Positions 50,638 to 60,502 of a stretch of 64,000 nucleotides of DNA are shown piece after piece (position 1 is the first letter of the stretch; every line of letters starts with the position of its first letter). The stretch spans positions 21,576,001-21,640,000 of the forward strand of contig NC_073393.1 in NCBI RefSeq assembly GCF_028641065.1, read 5' to 3'. The notes under the pieces were generated by a model. The model worked only from the letters and a program-made list of their open reading frames with translations. It was not told where the DNA came from and did not search any database. Made by a program: the position numbers and the translations under genes. Source of the stretch: Leucoraja erinacea. Its lineage: Eukaryota.

Positions 50638-53600
50638 ACCCCCTCTGCTCCAAGGAGAGCAGACCCAACCTATCCACTCCCCCATCGTGTGTAATGCTTA
50701 CATTTATAATACAAAGAAAGATGCTGACAATTCTGCCATGCTCAAGTTTCATTGTGCCTATGCATAGTGGGGTTTGGTTTGACTGAGTAGCCCGCAAACA
50801 ATAGATTTTCACTATCTCAGTACCGTGATAAGTCATTCTTCAGTGTGTGCAGTGAGAAAGATTTTGTTCAAGGTGACCCGATAATAAACGATCTTGTAAA
50901 TATTGAAGGTAATGGAAGAAATAAGTGTGGGAAAGATTGAGCAGAGGAATTTGTTTTGGCAGAGACGTGGCTTCAGCTCGCAGTGACCTCATCACTGGAT
51001 GGATGATGTAAGTTGTAGAGTATTGACATAAACTAAAGTTCTGGCCATTGAGTGCAAACACAACCCTTCTGAATGTTTCATTCACTTGGAAGATGGGTAC
51101 AGTGAAGAATATTCTGGCATTAAAGTAGTTTGCCAAAGCGTGGTCAGTTGGATGCCACAAATAGCAAGGCAACAATGATCAAATCTATTTTAGTCATGTT
51201 GGTCGAGGGAAAATTATGGAGTGGGTGACTGACTTTCTGTTGTTTGAAGTGCCCTAGTAGATGCTCAGTGTCATGACTGGGACACTGCTCGCATGAACTA
51301 CGGTGCAACTGCAAAACACTGCAGATACCAATGATCTGAAATAAAACCAGGGAATAAACTGGGAATACTCAGCTAGGTCAGGCAGCATCTCTGGAGACAG
51401 AGTGTTTTGTGAAGGTCACTGGATTTTCAATAATGAAAGCTACAGAAATGCTATACGTAAAATTAGGAGACAGCATCAGTGCACAAAGTAAGCAGGTGTG
51501 TTCCCTCTTGCACAGTCCCCTACTGGGGAAAAGTAACCTACATTTTGGTTTCCTCTTAGCTGTCTCTTGAGTCAACAGGTTGAGTTATGTGCTGAATAGA
51601 TGAGGAGGAAGGACAGGACTAGTTTAGTTTATCTGATGGTCACATTTGAAGCAGAGTTGCTGGATGGTGAACAAGAGGCTAATTGCTTAAGCATGCGATA
51701 TCTACCATTGAGTTGGCTCAGAATACCCTGGGTAGTGAAGGGGTGAGGTACCTTTCCTGCTGCCTCCTAATTTCATTGTGCATCATGTCCTTGCCTTAAA
51801 CTATTTGACCTTCACAAAACATCAGCTCTCTCCGCAGTTGCTGCCTGACCTGATGGGTATTTCCAGCATTTTCTGGTTTTATTTTGGAACTTTGTTGTCA
51901 GCAGTGTTTTGCTAATGCTCCACAGCTCATGTTGAAGGAGAAGTGCCCCTGTCCCTGGCACTGCACTGCACAGATTCAAACAGCAGAAAGGCAGCCACCT
52001 ACTCCATAATTTTCCCTCGACCAACATCGCTAAAATAAACTTGAGCAACAAGGATAGCAAACCACACTGCCACTCCTATTGCTTAAGTGTAACGCCTGCC
52101 TTTACACGTGTCTAATTTAACATTTCAAACTGCATGCAAGGGGAATGGTCAGGGGACTGAAAAGACTTTGCCCTATGCTAGAATGAGGATATTAACACTA
52201 CCTTAATTATTAACCCTTTCGAACTCTGAGGGTTCAAATATGAGATGATCTAAGAAATAGAGGGAGGTTGAGATCACTCAGTCAGCTTTGAACTCAATTA
52301 GACTGTTGCTGCCCTTTCTGGGTTCCTGTGCTCACCCGGTATCCTCTGCTTCCATGAAACTCCTCAAATCTACCTCGGTGTACGTGCAAATGGCAATAAC
52401 CACGGCTTGAGATCTACAACAAGTGTGAGGTGAGGTCATTCCGCTCTCTGCCTTCACCACTACTGAGATCAGAGCTGATCTGAACTTCATCTTACACTGG
52501 CACGAATCTTGTAAAATTACATAAAATTGAAGTTCCCGCCACTCTGCTTGTGGAGAGGGGTCTTCCAAAAATCTCCCACCCTGAATGCCGTGGCTCCCTC
52601 GTTAAGCTCATCGCACTTTTGTCTGAACTTTTTTGCAAACCCCCTCTCCTTACTCCAAAGAAAGTTTCATTGCTATCCAAACAATCTTATGTATATTAAT
52701 CAGATAACAAACCAATATTGTAAATGAGAAATGCAATGCTTGTGCATGTCTTGTTCTCCAGGTCAAGACAATGTGATTCTGTGCTGCAAATTACTCCAGC
52801 TGGGACACCACCAGACCGTTCCACAACTTCAACCACTTTGTTTTGCGATCTAACAATCTATTAGGCATTTACAATTTATTTTTTAGTACCTTTCCACTAA
52901 CTTTGAGGGATTCTGTATTTTAACTCCAGTTATTTGATATATGCTGCCAGCATGTCTGCAATATTTTGCTCTCCTGGGACCCTGTACTTTGGGGACCCCT
53001 GATGTTAAGAGATTGCAGGGCAGACATTAAACAGATGGACTTTGCTCCCTCTCAAGTGGCTGTTAAAAACGTTGCTGCTTTATTTCGGGAAAAATCCCTG
53101 GAGTCATCATTTAACCCTTCTGAAACAGGTTAATGCCGTTGTTGTTAACACACTGGTGTGTGGGAGCATTCACTGCACTATTTCCTCCGTTACCATAATG
53201 GCCGCACTTCAGAAAGGTGCTTGATACCTACAAAGTGCTTTGGGATCGCCTAAGGTAGTCTATAAGTGAAAATCCTAAGGTAGTCTTCAAGTGAAAATCT
53301 TGGCGTCAAAGAGTAATGACTACAACCTACCTCGTGTCCTTTGCACCTTTTTTTACCAGCACTTTCCCTGTGGCTGTAACATTATATTGTGCACTGTTTA
53401 TTTTTGTCTTTGCACTACCTGTTGTACTTGTGCATGGTTTGATGTTACTCGTGTATAGTATGATTTGACTGGGTAGCAGGCAAATACGGTTTTTCACTGC
53501 ATCTGGGTACACGTGACAATAATAAACCGATACCAATTGAGTTGAGCTCAAGAACCAGAGGATATGAATTTTAGATGGGGGGGGGGGGGGGGGGGGTTAT

Positions 53601-56600
53601 AGAAAGCTGAGGGGCTACTTTTTTACACAAAGGTTGATGGATATATGGAACTGGCTGGAATTTGAAGAAAAAACATCTCTTGGTGAGGATGCAGTTGCTA
53701 TCCTGTGAAGTGGTTAGTTATTGTTGCATTCAAGGGTAAGGTGGTGAGGGGAGGAGTAGGAGTGTTTGCTATTGTGTGAAAGAGGTAAGGTGGCACCTGT
53801 TGTGTGTATAGTATAGATACAAGAAACTGCAGATGCTGATATACAAAAAAGGAAAGTGCTGAAGTAACTCGGCGTGTCAGGCAGCATCTCTGGAAGACAT
53901 GGATAGGTGACGTTTTGGGTCGGGGCACTTCTTCAGACTTCAGTTTGAAAATAGGTTTCATATTGGCCCTGTTGAGCTGCAGGGCCTTTTTTGTGATGCA
54001 AGTTGTATTCAAAGTGCGTTTGTTGCATCATTGGCAGATTATCTGGACGTTCTGTGAGTCCTTCCACTTACTGGCAGGAGGTGGAATTGAGTCATGTCTG
54101 TGACAGCTGCTTTGTCCATTTGTCTTTAACTTTGTTTCTGCAGAGCAAAGCAGTCTGTCAATTCCAGCTCTCAGTCCTGGCAATACCTTAAACATTTTTA
54201 ACCAAAGTGGTATTTATTCAAAAGACGAATGTAGATAAAAATGCTGGAGAAACTCAGCGGATGAGGCAGCATCTATGGAGCTCCATAGATGCTGCCTCAT
54301 CCGCTGAGTTTCTCCAGTATTTTTGTCTACCTTCGATTTTTCCAGCATCTACAGTTCTTTCTTAAATATTTATTCAAAAGTCAGTCTGTTGTTCATTTCT
54401 TGCACATTAGTGATTCATACTCATTTATTCCGTGTACCTTTTCATACCTCTCCCCTGACTCAGTCTGAAGAAGGGTCTCGACCCATAACATCACCTATTC
54501 CTTTTATCCAGAGATGCTGCTGGACCCGCTGAGTTACTCCAGCACGTTGTGTCTATCTTCAGTGATTCTGCCAACATTTGAATGATTTCTGTGTATCATG
54601 CCAGACACACAACTTAATACAACAGAAAGCCTCTTAGTGTAGAAAGTGTAGGAGTGCAATTAAAAAAGGAAATTATGAAGACATGATGTTTGCCAGTAAA
54701 ATTGAGGGTCCAATGATGTTTCAAGTACAAAGACCAGGAGAATAATTCAGGAAAGAGTAGGGTCTATTAGGGCAGTAAGCTGTAAGCTCAGTATGGAGGT
54801 GGAGGGTGGGCTAAGATTCTTCATGAATACTATGTGGCGAACATTCCAAAAAAAGATAAGAATGTGACATTGTAATTAAGAAGGAAATCTGAATTATTGG
54901 GATGAATGTAGGCCAGGGAACTATAGTCTGAAGAAGTCTCGACCTGAAACGTCACCCATTTCTTCTCTCTAGAAATGCTGCCTGTCCCGCTGAGTTACTC
55001 CAGCATTTTGTGTGTACCAGGAAAATATGAACGGGATTAGCATCTTTGAAACTGGATAATGGCCAAATCTGGGTGATGCATCTAGGGAGGTACAAGATGG
55101 GAATACAATGTAAAAGGGAGAGTGCTGAGCAGCATTGATGATCCGAGGACCTTGGAATTTGTGCCTCAAAGGTCAGGTAGACATGGTGGTTCAAAAGACA
55201 CATTGATTCTTTCCCTGATCAGCCAAAGTTTAGACTGTAAAGGCAGGGAGATTAAACTACGACCACACAACACTAATTAGGCTGCAGTATGAACACCTTA
55301 CATTTCTGGTCATAGAGCAATTGTGCTATCCTGTAAAGGCTGCAGACGATTTACAAAGCTGTTGCCACACTGGTAGATTTTAGTTATGAGCAACGATTCG
55401 ATCAAATGGGTACGTTTTATTTGGAGCTAAACACCACAGTTTTGAGGCGTTTAAGGATTAGTTTGAATTAAATAAATAGGATGGAAATTCTTTAGCTAGC
55501 GTGAACAGATGGGGGTGTCACAAATCAGGGGCATAATTAAATAATTAGAGAGAGGATGAGGAAACTGCATTCACCGAGAGATTGGTAGGTCCTTAATCTC
55601 CTCTGAGGATGCCCAGAAAGCCTCACTGCATTGGGCACATGCTTGCAGGTCCATTTAAAGAGCAGTGATGTACATGACTACAAATCGCCTGCTTGGTGGA
55701 GGGATTAGACTCCTAGTTTCTTGAAAACAAATGTTGGTGATAGTATTACAAGAGCCTGTTCTGTACAAGATAACTGCTTTGTTACAATAAAACACAAAAT
55801 TGGAAGTAATTGGAGGGCTGCTTAGTATTACTATTGTAGTATTACCTATTGTACTTGAGTTTGGCTTGGTTGTATTTATGTACAGCAATATCTGGCTTGG
55901 TTAACCCATAACATAGCTTTTCACCATACCTCGGTATATGTGACAATATTAAACCTAAACCTACTATTGTTTGTACTTCAGCATTTGTTCCCCTACTGTA
56001 TCAGTGTATGTACTTAGAGCTGACTGTATAAAGATGCGTCGGGACATACTGAAAAGAGCATGATCTTTATCATCCCTAGGAAATGACTTGGGCAAACTTC
56101 ATTATTGTCTGTAGCCCTACCTGAGTGCATGAGGCATGGTTTGCACTAGAAACATTGAGTTGTTCCTTCTTATTGCAGGTCCTGCCGCTGCAAACGAAGG
56201 AGTGCTGGCCAACTTCTTTAATAGTTTATTGAGTAAAAAGACGGGTTCTCCCGGGAGTCCCGGAGCCGCAGGGGTACAGAACGCAGCCAAGAAGCCAGGT
56301 AAGTTCAGGGCATCTGCCAAAGATGCTAGCTGCATCACAACATTGTGACTGAGATTCGGGAAAGGGGTGGGAACAATCCATCGGTATGTCTCAAGTTTTA
56401 AGCAAAATAAATCGAGGGTAACTGAGGTCTGATAACTGAGGCTAACAGTTCAGAGCACTCATAGTCTTGATTGGTAAGATACCTGTTGACAGAGTAACGA
56501 TGGACAGTGCAGTGTCCTGAGTTTTGCAAGAAGATAACTGGATATAGCATTCTTGTTTAGCAGATAAATGGGTGCCAGTGCACTTATTGTTCCTTTCTGT

Positions 56601-59600
56601 TGGTGTCTGTTGTCTGAAAAGCTGTTTAAAGGCCTGACTGCCTAATTTAATTAATAAATGTAATTCATAACATTTTTGTAATCTTTTTGTAATATAAATT
56701 CTAAACAGTACATTTTTCATTTACTTTGAAGTTCTAAACAAATTTTAATATTACAAAAAGTAATTGAAAACCTGGTTTTCAACTTTTTATAGGTGCCGGT
56801 ATGCTGTGCTGGTGCGTACGGTCACCAAAAAAGCACTGATTGTATAGGAATTACTGAACTGGGTTACACCAAGTGCTGTCGTTAAGCAGCTCGTGAGAAA
56901 TGGCCTTAACCCCATGGATGGTCATTTACCATAACATCAAGGCAAAGGAATAATAATCGTTTGGCAGGAGTTGCAGATTGATCCCTGCTTATGGAACTGA
57001 CGTTCAGCTAGTCGTTAGTCTTTGAGGAGACATAAGGCCAGGTTAAAGTTATCCCAGCATGTACCAGTTCTATTATCAACTGGAAATCACAAAGAGGAAA
57101 GAATGTTGGGCATGATGAACTGTCCTAATGGTGAGGAGGGGTTGGGAACAAGCCTTATTGAATGTTAAATAATTGTCCTTCAATCCAGTATCTGCACAAA
57201 TTACGTGCCTGGTGTGTTTCCACAATATCGATATCTCATTTACAGATCTGTAATATGTACTCTCAGTTTAAGCTTCCTGCATCACTCCACCCTCTGAACA
57301 CTGAAATTGTCCTACTCTTGTACACAATATAACGTTTTAGTCTTCCCATTAGATTCTGATTAATCATTAGAGTTTAAGCAGTAAACTCTTTGGATGGAAG
57401 GTATTGGGATTCAGTCCAGCTGAAATTTTCTAAAAGGCTCTGAGAACAGTTGTTTCCAAATTTTCTTTTTTTTTTTGTGTGTTAATGGGTGGAAAATTGG
57501 AGAAAGTTCAATCATCGGGAGCTGTGTGCTAAGGAGTTCCTAAGATCCTGGTATGAAACGGGCTGTAACCAGCCCATTCCCAATGGAGTTAGTTGGAAAT
57601 TCTTGAAATTCTTTTGAGCAGAGAGACTAGATCTTAAAGCTGCTTGAAAAATAACCAGGCAATTCACTTGACAGCTAACCACTGGGTGGTCATGAGGCAG
57701 AGCGCTGACATTTTATACCTCCCTAGCCATAGTTTTCATGGGAGATTTATGGACTGTTCAAGTAGAGATTCCGTGGTTGAATCACTAGACGTGTAAATCC
57801 AGAGGCCTGGGTTATGAAGCCAGAGAGCCATTGCAGCTGGGGAATTTCAATTTAGTTTAAAAAAAATGATCTGGAACTTAAACTAAGGGTGACTGTGAAA
57901 CTCGAGGATTTAATTGATCATCTGAGTTTGCAATGCCTTCCAGGGAAGGAAGGTTGCCCTTGCCTGCTCTGTCCTACAGCTGACTGCAGACCACAACAAT
58001 TTGATTAACTGCATTCAGAATCCTTCCAACAGGCCAGTTAGTTCCATCAAAACCACAGCGTTAAAACAATAAGAACAGTCTCGGGATCAGATTCGAACAC
58101 AAAGTTCTCTGGCAGACTTGTGCGACTTGCTTCTAAATTGGGCTCATTTTGACCTCACTCCAGTTTCAGTGCAGCAGCTTTCTTTATCGAGGATCAACAG
58201 TTAACCAGCTTGGTGTTGGAGATTTGGTTTGGAGATGGGTGTTTCCGTAAATAAGGGTACCAAACTGTGACATGGGTCGCCAAATTTGAAAGTTATTAAA
58301 TCATAATGAAATACCACAGCATAAAAAATGGGTCTGTCTATGATCCTCTTGAGCTAATTTGTGATCAAAATCAGCCAAAATTTGACCAAAATTTAATACT
58401 TTCAAAATTTGAAAAACAAAACGAGGAAAACCTTTTATTTATATAACATATGGGACACTTACTGATTTCTAAGTTCCCTTAGAAAATGTCGACACCGAAC
58501 CCACCATGAGGCCCGTAGTTCACGTCGGGGTCATTATAATCGGGTAGTTTACTTTTTTTAAATTGTGAGGAACGCAAAAAAAACCAGCCCATTGTAGCGT
58601 TATAAATAGCATTGACAACGTTACTCAACGGGAGGGACTACAGAATGAGATCGTTAAAATAGGTGAGCAAACTAGATTTTTATTTCATGAAGTTAAGTTC
58701 TATTCATTATTAAGGATTTCAATGGAAAGCTTAAACACAAAATATAAACAATAAAAAAAAGAGACAATAAATATAAAAACGGTTACTGCTTTTAATTCGC
58801 ACATTTCATACGTGACCAAATGGACACCGCTACTCGCGTTCTGCTGCAAAATCTTGGGGCATCAGAAAATCATCTTATCAGGTGATAATTGATAAAAAAA
58901 ATCATAAGCATAATCAGAATTTAGCTTGTATAGATTTATTTAATTGCAAAATTAATGTAATCTCTCTGGTATAAATTGCCCTAAGGATGATGAAATCCTG
59001 CTTGAAATGTGTCACAAAAAAAAGGCAAGAAAACACAGACATATCTGATATTTTTCTTTGTAAACACAGGTTTATTTATTTTTGCTTCATCACATTATTT
59101 TGGCTATAAACCATGATCTATACTACTTAAAATACAAGCAATGAAACAATGGGAATATTACATAAAAACAGGAAAATAACCTGGAAGTTTGGAGACCTTC
59201 AGTTTCACTGTATTTACAGAAACACCCAGATACAGCATGGGAACAGGCCCTTCGACCCATTGGAAATAGACACAGGGTGCTGGAGTAACTCAGCGGATCA
59301 GGCAGCATCTCTGGAGAAAAGGAATAGGAGACGTTTTGGGTCGAAACCCTTCTTCAGACTTTGCCTGATCATGCCTGACGTGCTGAGCTACTCCAGCAAT
59401 TTGTATCTTATCTTCAGTGTAAACCAGCACCTGCAGTTCCTTCCTATACCCTTCCACGCAGACCAGTGATCACCTGTTCACACTAGTTCTATTCATGTCT
59501 GAAATCCAGCAGCCCTGGGAGCACCTCCATCACACAGAGAAAAACAATGCTGGAGAAGCTCAGTGGGTCAGGCAGCATCTGTGGAGAGAAATGGACAAAA

Positions 59601-60502
59601 GACATCTGAAGGTAGAAATTCTTCTCTAGCCTCTGCTCAACACCCCCCCCCCCCCACCTGGTTCTTCTCTCACCTACCAAACTCAGTCTTGCCTCTCTCT
59701 TGTCTATACATATGGCCCATCTTCACTCGACACCCTCAGTCTTGATGCAGAATCTTGACCTGAAATAGGTGTAGATGTTTGATGGAACAAAATGAGGAAT
59801 GGAGTGTTGAGACAGAGGCTGAAGCAGGGTCCCAATCCAATCATTTTGGTCCATTCCTTCCACAGATGCTGCCTGACCTGCTGCGTTCCTCCGCCATTTT
59901 TTATTTTGCTCAAGATTCCAGCTTACCACTGCTGCATTGAGAGAAAACAATCATATTTCCCCAGCTTGTCCACTTCCTTCCTGCCCCTTTATCTCCCACC
60001 TCTCCAGTCCAGTTTTGGAGTGCATGCCCCATAGAAACAAACGCCTCAATTTATTTGTGGTCACAGAACACACTCCAGAACCAACTGGTCTGGTTAAATC
60101 GCCTTCCCTGATAATTCCACAGAGACCTGTGCGTGTGGATTATCTAGTGACTTTCAAAAGTAGGGAAACTATTTGATAGGGAAAATAATTAGGTGCTGGA
60201 TAGCTGTACGAGTTGGAAGTCTCTTTCAAACAACTGGCACAGCCGTGCGCCTTCCTGTTGTGCTACTTGATTCAGTTCCAGAAGTAAGTGGGAGAAGAAA
60301 TCTGAAAGGAATGTATTTGACAGGATTTGCACTCGGTGAGCTGATCCGCGCAGCATTACATTTGTGGTTTAAACTCTGCTTCTCTCTATTTCCAGGACAA
60401 AAGCCGATTTTAACAGACGTTCAGGCAGAGCTTGACAGGATGTCTCGAAAACCAGATCCTGTGGTCACAACAAACAGTTCTCCAACAGAAAACGAAGCCT
60501 AA
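7904..60502 (+). CDS. DYNC1LI2: Cytoplasmic dynein 1 light intermediate chain 2, complete spliced gene (13 coding exons, 483 aa)
   Basis: Manually spliced exons total 1452 nt with consistent phases and GT..AG boundaries. Protein [11 protein letters not shown]...[35 protein letters not shown]...TENEA* follows the remembered human DYNC1LI2 along its length. The MAPV start and TENEA end favour LIC2 over LIC1. Confidence 0.97.
8976..9292 (-). mobile_element. Penelope-like element 3' fragment with GIY-YIG C-terminus, nested in a CR1 fragment (~8740-9460)
   Basis: - strand [18 protein letters not shown] followed by a degenerate hammerhead and the common gatgctgcc...gctgagtt tail. Confidence 0.8.
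9470..9975 (+). mobile_element. CR1-like LINE 3' fragment
   Basis: [28 protein letters not shown] peptide typical of the CR1 ORF2 C-terminus. Confidence 0.8.
10129..10202 (+). CDS. DYNC1LI2: DYNC1LI2 exon 2
   Basis: tctttcag|G; (W)[24 protein letters not shown](G); donor G|gtaagg. Confidence 0.96.
10752..10868 (+). CDS. DYNC1LI2: DYNC1LI2 exon 3 (P-loop GEDGSGKT)
   Basis: ctccag|GT; (G)[38 protein letters not shown]; donor G|gtcagt. Confidence 0.96.
12790..12942. mobile_element. PIF/Harbinger-type MITE
   Basis: 18-bp perfect TIRs AGGGCCTGTCCCACTTGG; TTA target-site duplication on both sides (12787-12789, 12943-12945); CpG-rich interior. Confidence 0.85.
13606..14565 (+). mobile_element. 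5'-truncated L2-clade LINE (ORF2 RT C-terminus, 3' UTR, ATT tail)
   Basis: [57 protein letters not shown]; ends gctctataaataaa(att)n. Confidence 0.92.
15675..16180 (-). mobile_element. CR1-like LINE 3' fragment
   Basis: Reverse-complement similarity to the 9470-9975 fragment. Confidence 0.7.
18740..19669. mobile_element. Non-autonomous DNA transposon (hAT-like) containing a PLE hammerhead fragment (~18848-18920)
   Basis: TIRs CAGAGCTGCCAAGT / ACTTGGCAGCTCTG, flanked on both sides by CTATAG (or GCTATAGC). Confidence 0.75.
19670..19990 (+). mobile_element. Degenerate CR1 ORF1 (SGNH esterase-like) fragment, host of the adjacent DNA transposon
   Basis: Frameshifted [18 protein letters not shown] and G.NDVGRKRD-like motifs. 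Confidence 0.55.
20832..21055 (+). mobile_element. CR1-like LINE 3' end
   Basis: Same family as 6606-7072; (tctattg)n tail. Confidence 0.8.
22805..23035 (+). CDS. DYNC1LI2: DYNC1LI2 exon 4
   Basis: ctccacag|AT; (D)[25 protein letters not shown]...[25 protein letters not shown]; donor T|gtgagt. Confidence 0.97.
23700..23995 (-). mobile_element. HE1/V-SINE-like SINE inserted in a PLE fragment (~23370-24060)
   Basis: Reverse complement of the tRNA-like head and SINE body with a (ctaaa)n tail; PLE GIY-YIG remnant resumes at ~24000. Confidence 0.8.
24318..24820 (-). mobile_element. Penelope-like element 3' fragment: GIY-YIG C-terminus, 3' UTR and hammerhead motif
   Basis: - strand [31 protein letters not shown], then ctgaagaagggtctcgtcccgaaacgttacc (24406-24376). 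Confidence 0.85.
26049..26521. repeat. 238-bp tandem duplication (2 copies)
   Basis: aaagagatggaatgttcagccg... starts at 26049 and 26287; copies appear identical except in the last ~20 nt. Confidence 0.95.
27830..29164 (-). mobile_element. Internally deleted Tc1 (IR/DR-type) transposon
   Basis: ~220-bp TIRs starting CAGTGCCCTCCATAATGTTTGGGACA with an inner direct repeat, and TA on the right flank. - strand transposase remnants [14 protein letters not shown] and [35 protein letters not shown]. Confidence 0.92.
32422..33619 (-). mobile_element. 5'-truncated CR1 LINE (RT domain to 3' tail) with inverted 5' piece
   Basis: [50 protein letters not shown]; (tctattg) tail at ~32422. Confidence 0.93.
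36555..36690 (+). mobile_element. Rex1/Babar-like RT fragment
   Basis: [20 protein letters not shown] motif. Confidence 0.75.
37170..37336 (+). CDS. DYNC1LI2: DYNC1LI2 exon 5
   Basis: cctccag|TG; (L)[21 protein letters not shown]...[22 protein letters not shown]; donor AAG|gtaggc. Confidence 0.96.
38778..38871 (+). CDS. DYNC1LI2: DYNC1LI2 exon 6
   Basis: cctccag|TGT; [31 protein letters not shown](Y); donor T|gtatcctt (U12 type). Confidence 0.95.
38872..39480 (+). other. U12-type (minor spliceosome) GT-AG intron 6
   Basis: 5' site GTATCCTT at 38872; branch sequence TTCCCTTAAC at 39460-39469, about 11 nt before the acceptor end at 39480; short polypyrimidine tract. Confidence 0.92.
39481..39616 (+). 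CDS. DYNC1LI2: DYNC1LI2 exon 7
   Basis: tttcag|AT; (Y)[44 protein letters not shown](I); donor AT|gtaagt. Confidence 0.96.
40246..40563. repeat. ~120-bp direct repeat (40246-40367 and 40442-40563)
   Basis: tgcatgtacctagacacaacgatttatttgtttggcattc...caacaattgtgtaaaa occurs twice, offset ~195 bp. Confidence 0.9.
41570..41681 (+). CDS. DYNC1LI2: DYNC1LI2 exon 8
   Basis: ttcag|T; (I)[37 protein letters not shown]; donor AAG|gtaatg. Confidence 0.95.
42365..42424 (+). CDS. DYNC1LI2: DYNC1LI2 exon 9
   Basis: tttttccag|CCT; [20 protein letters not shown]; donor CAG|gtaagt. Confidence 0.96.
44841..44882 (+). CDS. DYNC1LI2: DYNC1LI2 exon 10
   Basis: cttgcag|TCT; [14 protein letters not shown]; donor GCT|gtaagt. 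Confidence 0.94.
46078..46375 (-). mobile_element. Non-LTR retroelement 3' end with CCHC knuckle (Ingi/Vingi-like)
   Basis: [26 protein letters not shown] [frameshift] [21 protein letters not shown]...; (GAA)n tail. Confidence 0.65.
46840..46942 (+). CDS. DYNC1LI2: DYNC1LI2 exon 11
   Basis: ctcccag|GAC; [34 protein letters not shown](G); donor AAG|gtgagc; GSPRT motif shared with human; phase matches exon 12. Confidence 0.88.
47960..48260 (-). mobile_element. HE1/V-SINE-like SINE, near full length
   Basis: tRNA-like head with a B box (ggttcgatcc on the - strand), CpG-rich and therefore probably young. Confidence 0.85.
48282..48470 (+). mobile_element. HE1/V-SINE-like SINE, head-to-head with the previous copy
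   Basis: gggcagcacagtggctcagcggta...ggagtttgtacgttctccc...ggttaattggc. Confidence 0.8.
50160..50550 (+). mobile_element. CR1-like LINE 3' fragment
   Basis: [26 protein letters not shown]...[13 protein letters not shown]. Confidence 0.8.
54225..54366. mobile_element. PLE-derived loopless 100-bp palindrome with 14-nt TSD
   Basis: Arms 54231-54280 and 54281-54330 (2 mismatches); TATTTATTCAAAAG at 54211-54224 and 54367-54380. Confidence 0.85.
56179..56298 (+). CDS. DYNC1LI2: DYNC1LI2 exon 12 (adaptor-binding helix [12 protein letters not shown])
   Basis: ttgcag|GT; (G)[39 protein letters not shown](G); donor CAG|gtaagt. Confidence 0.96.
60396..60502 (+). CDS. DYNC1LI2: DYNC1LI2 exon 13 (coding part, stop TAA)
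   Basis: tttccag|GA; (G)[34 protein letters not shown]. Confidence 0.96.

Noticed and set aside
53249-53298. 25-bp tandem duplication
   Set aside because: Two copies only, consistent with ordinary slippage; no evidence of function.
7904-60502. Calling the gene DYNC1LI1
   Set aside because: The MAPV N-terminus, short C-terminal tail ending TENEA and [10 protein letters not shown] motif match LIC2 better than LIC1.
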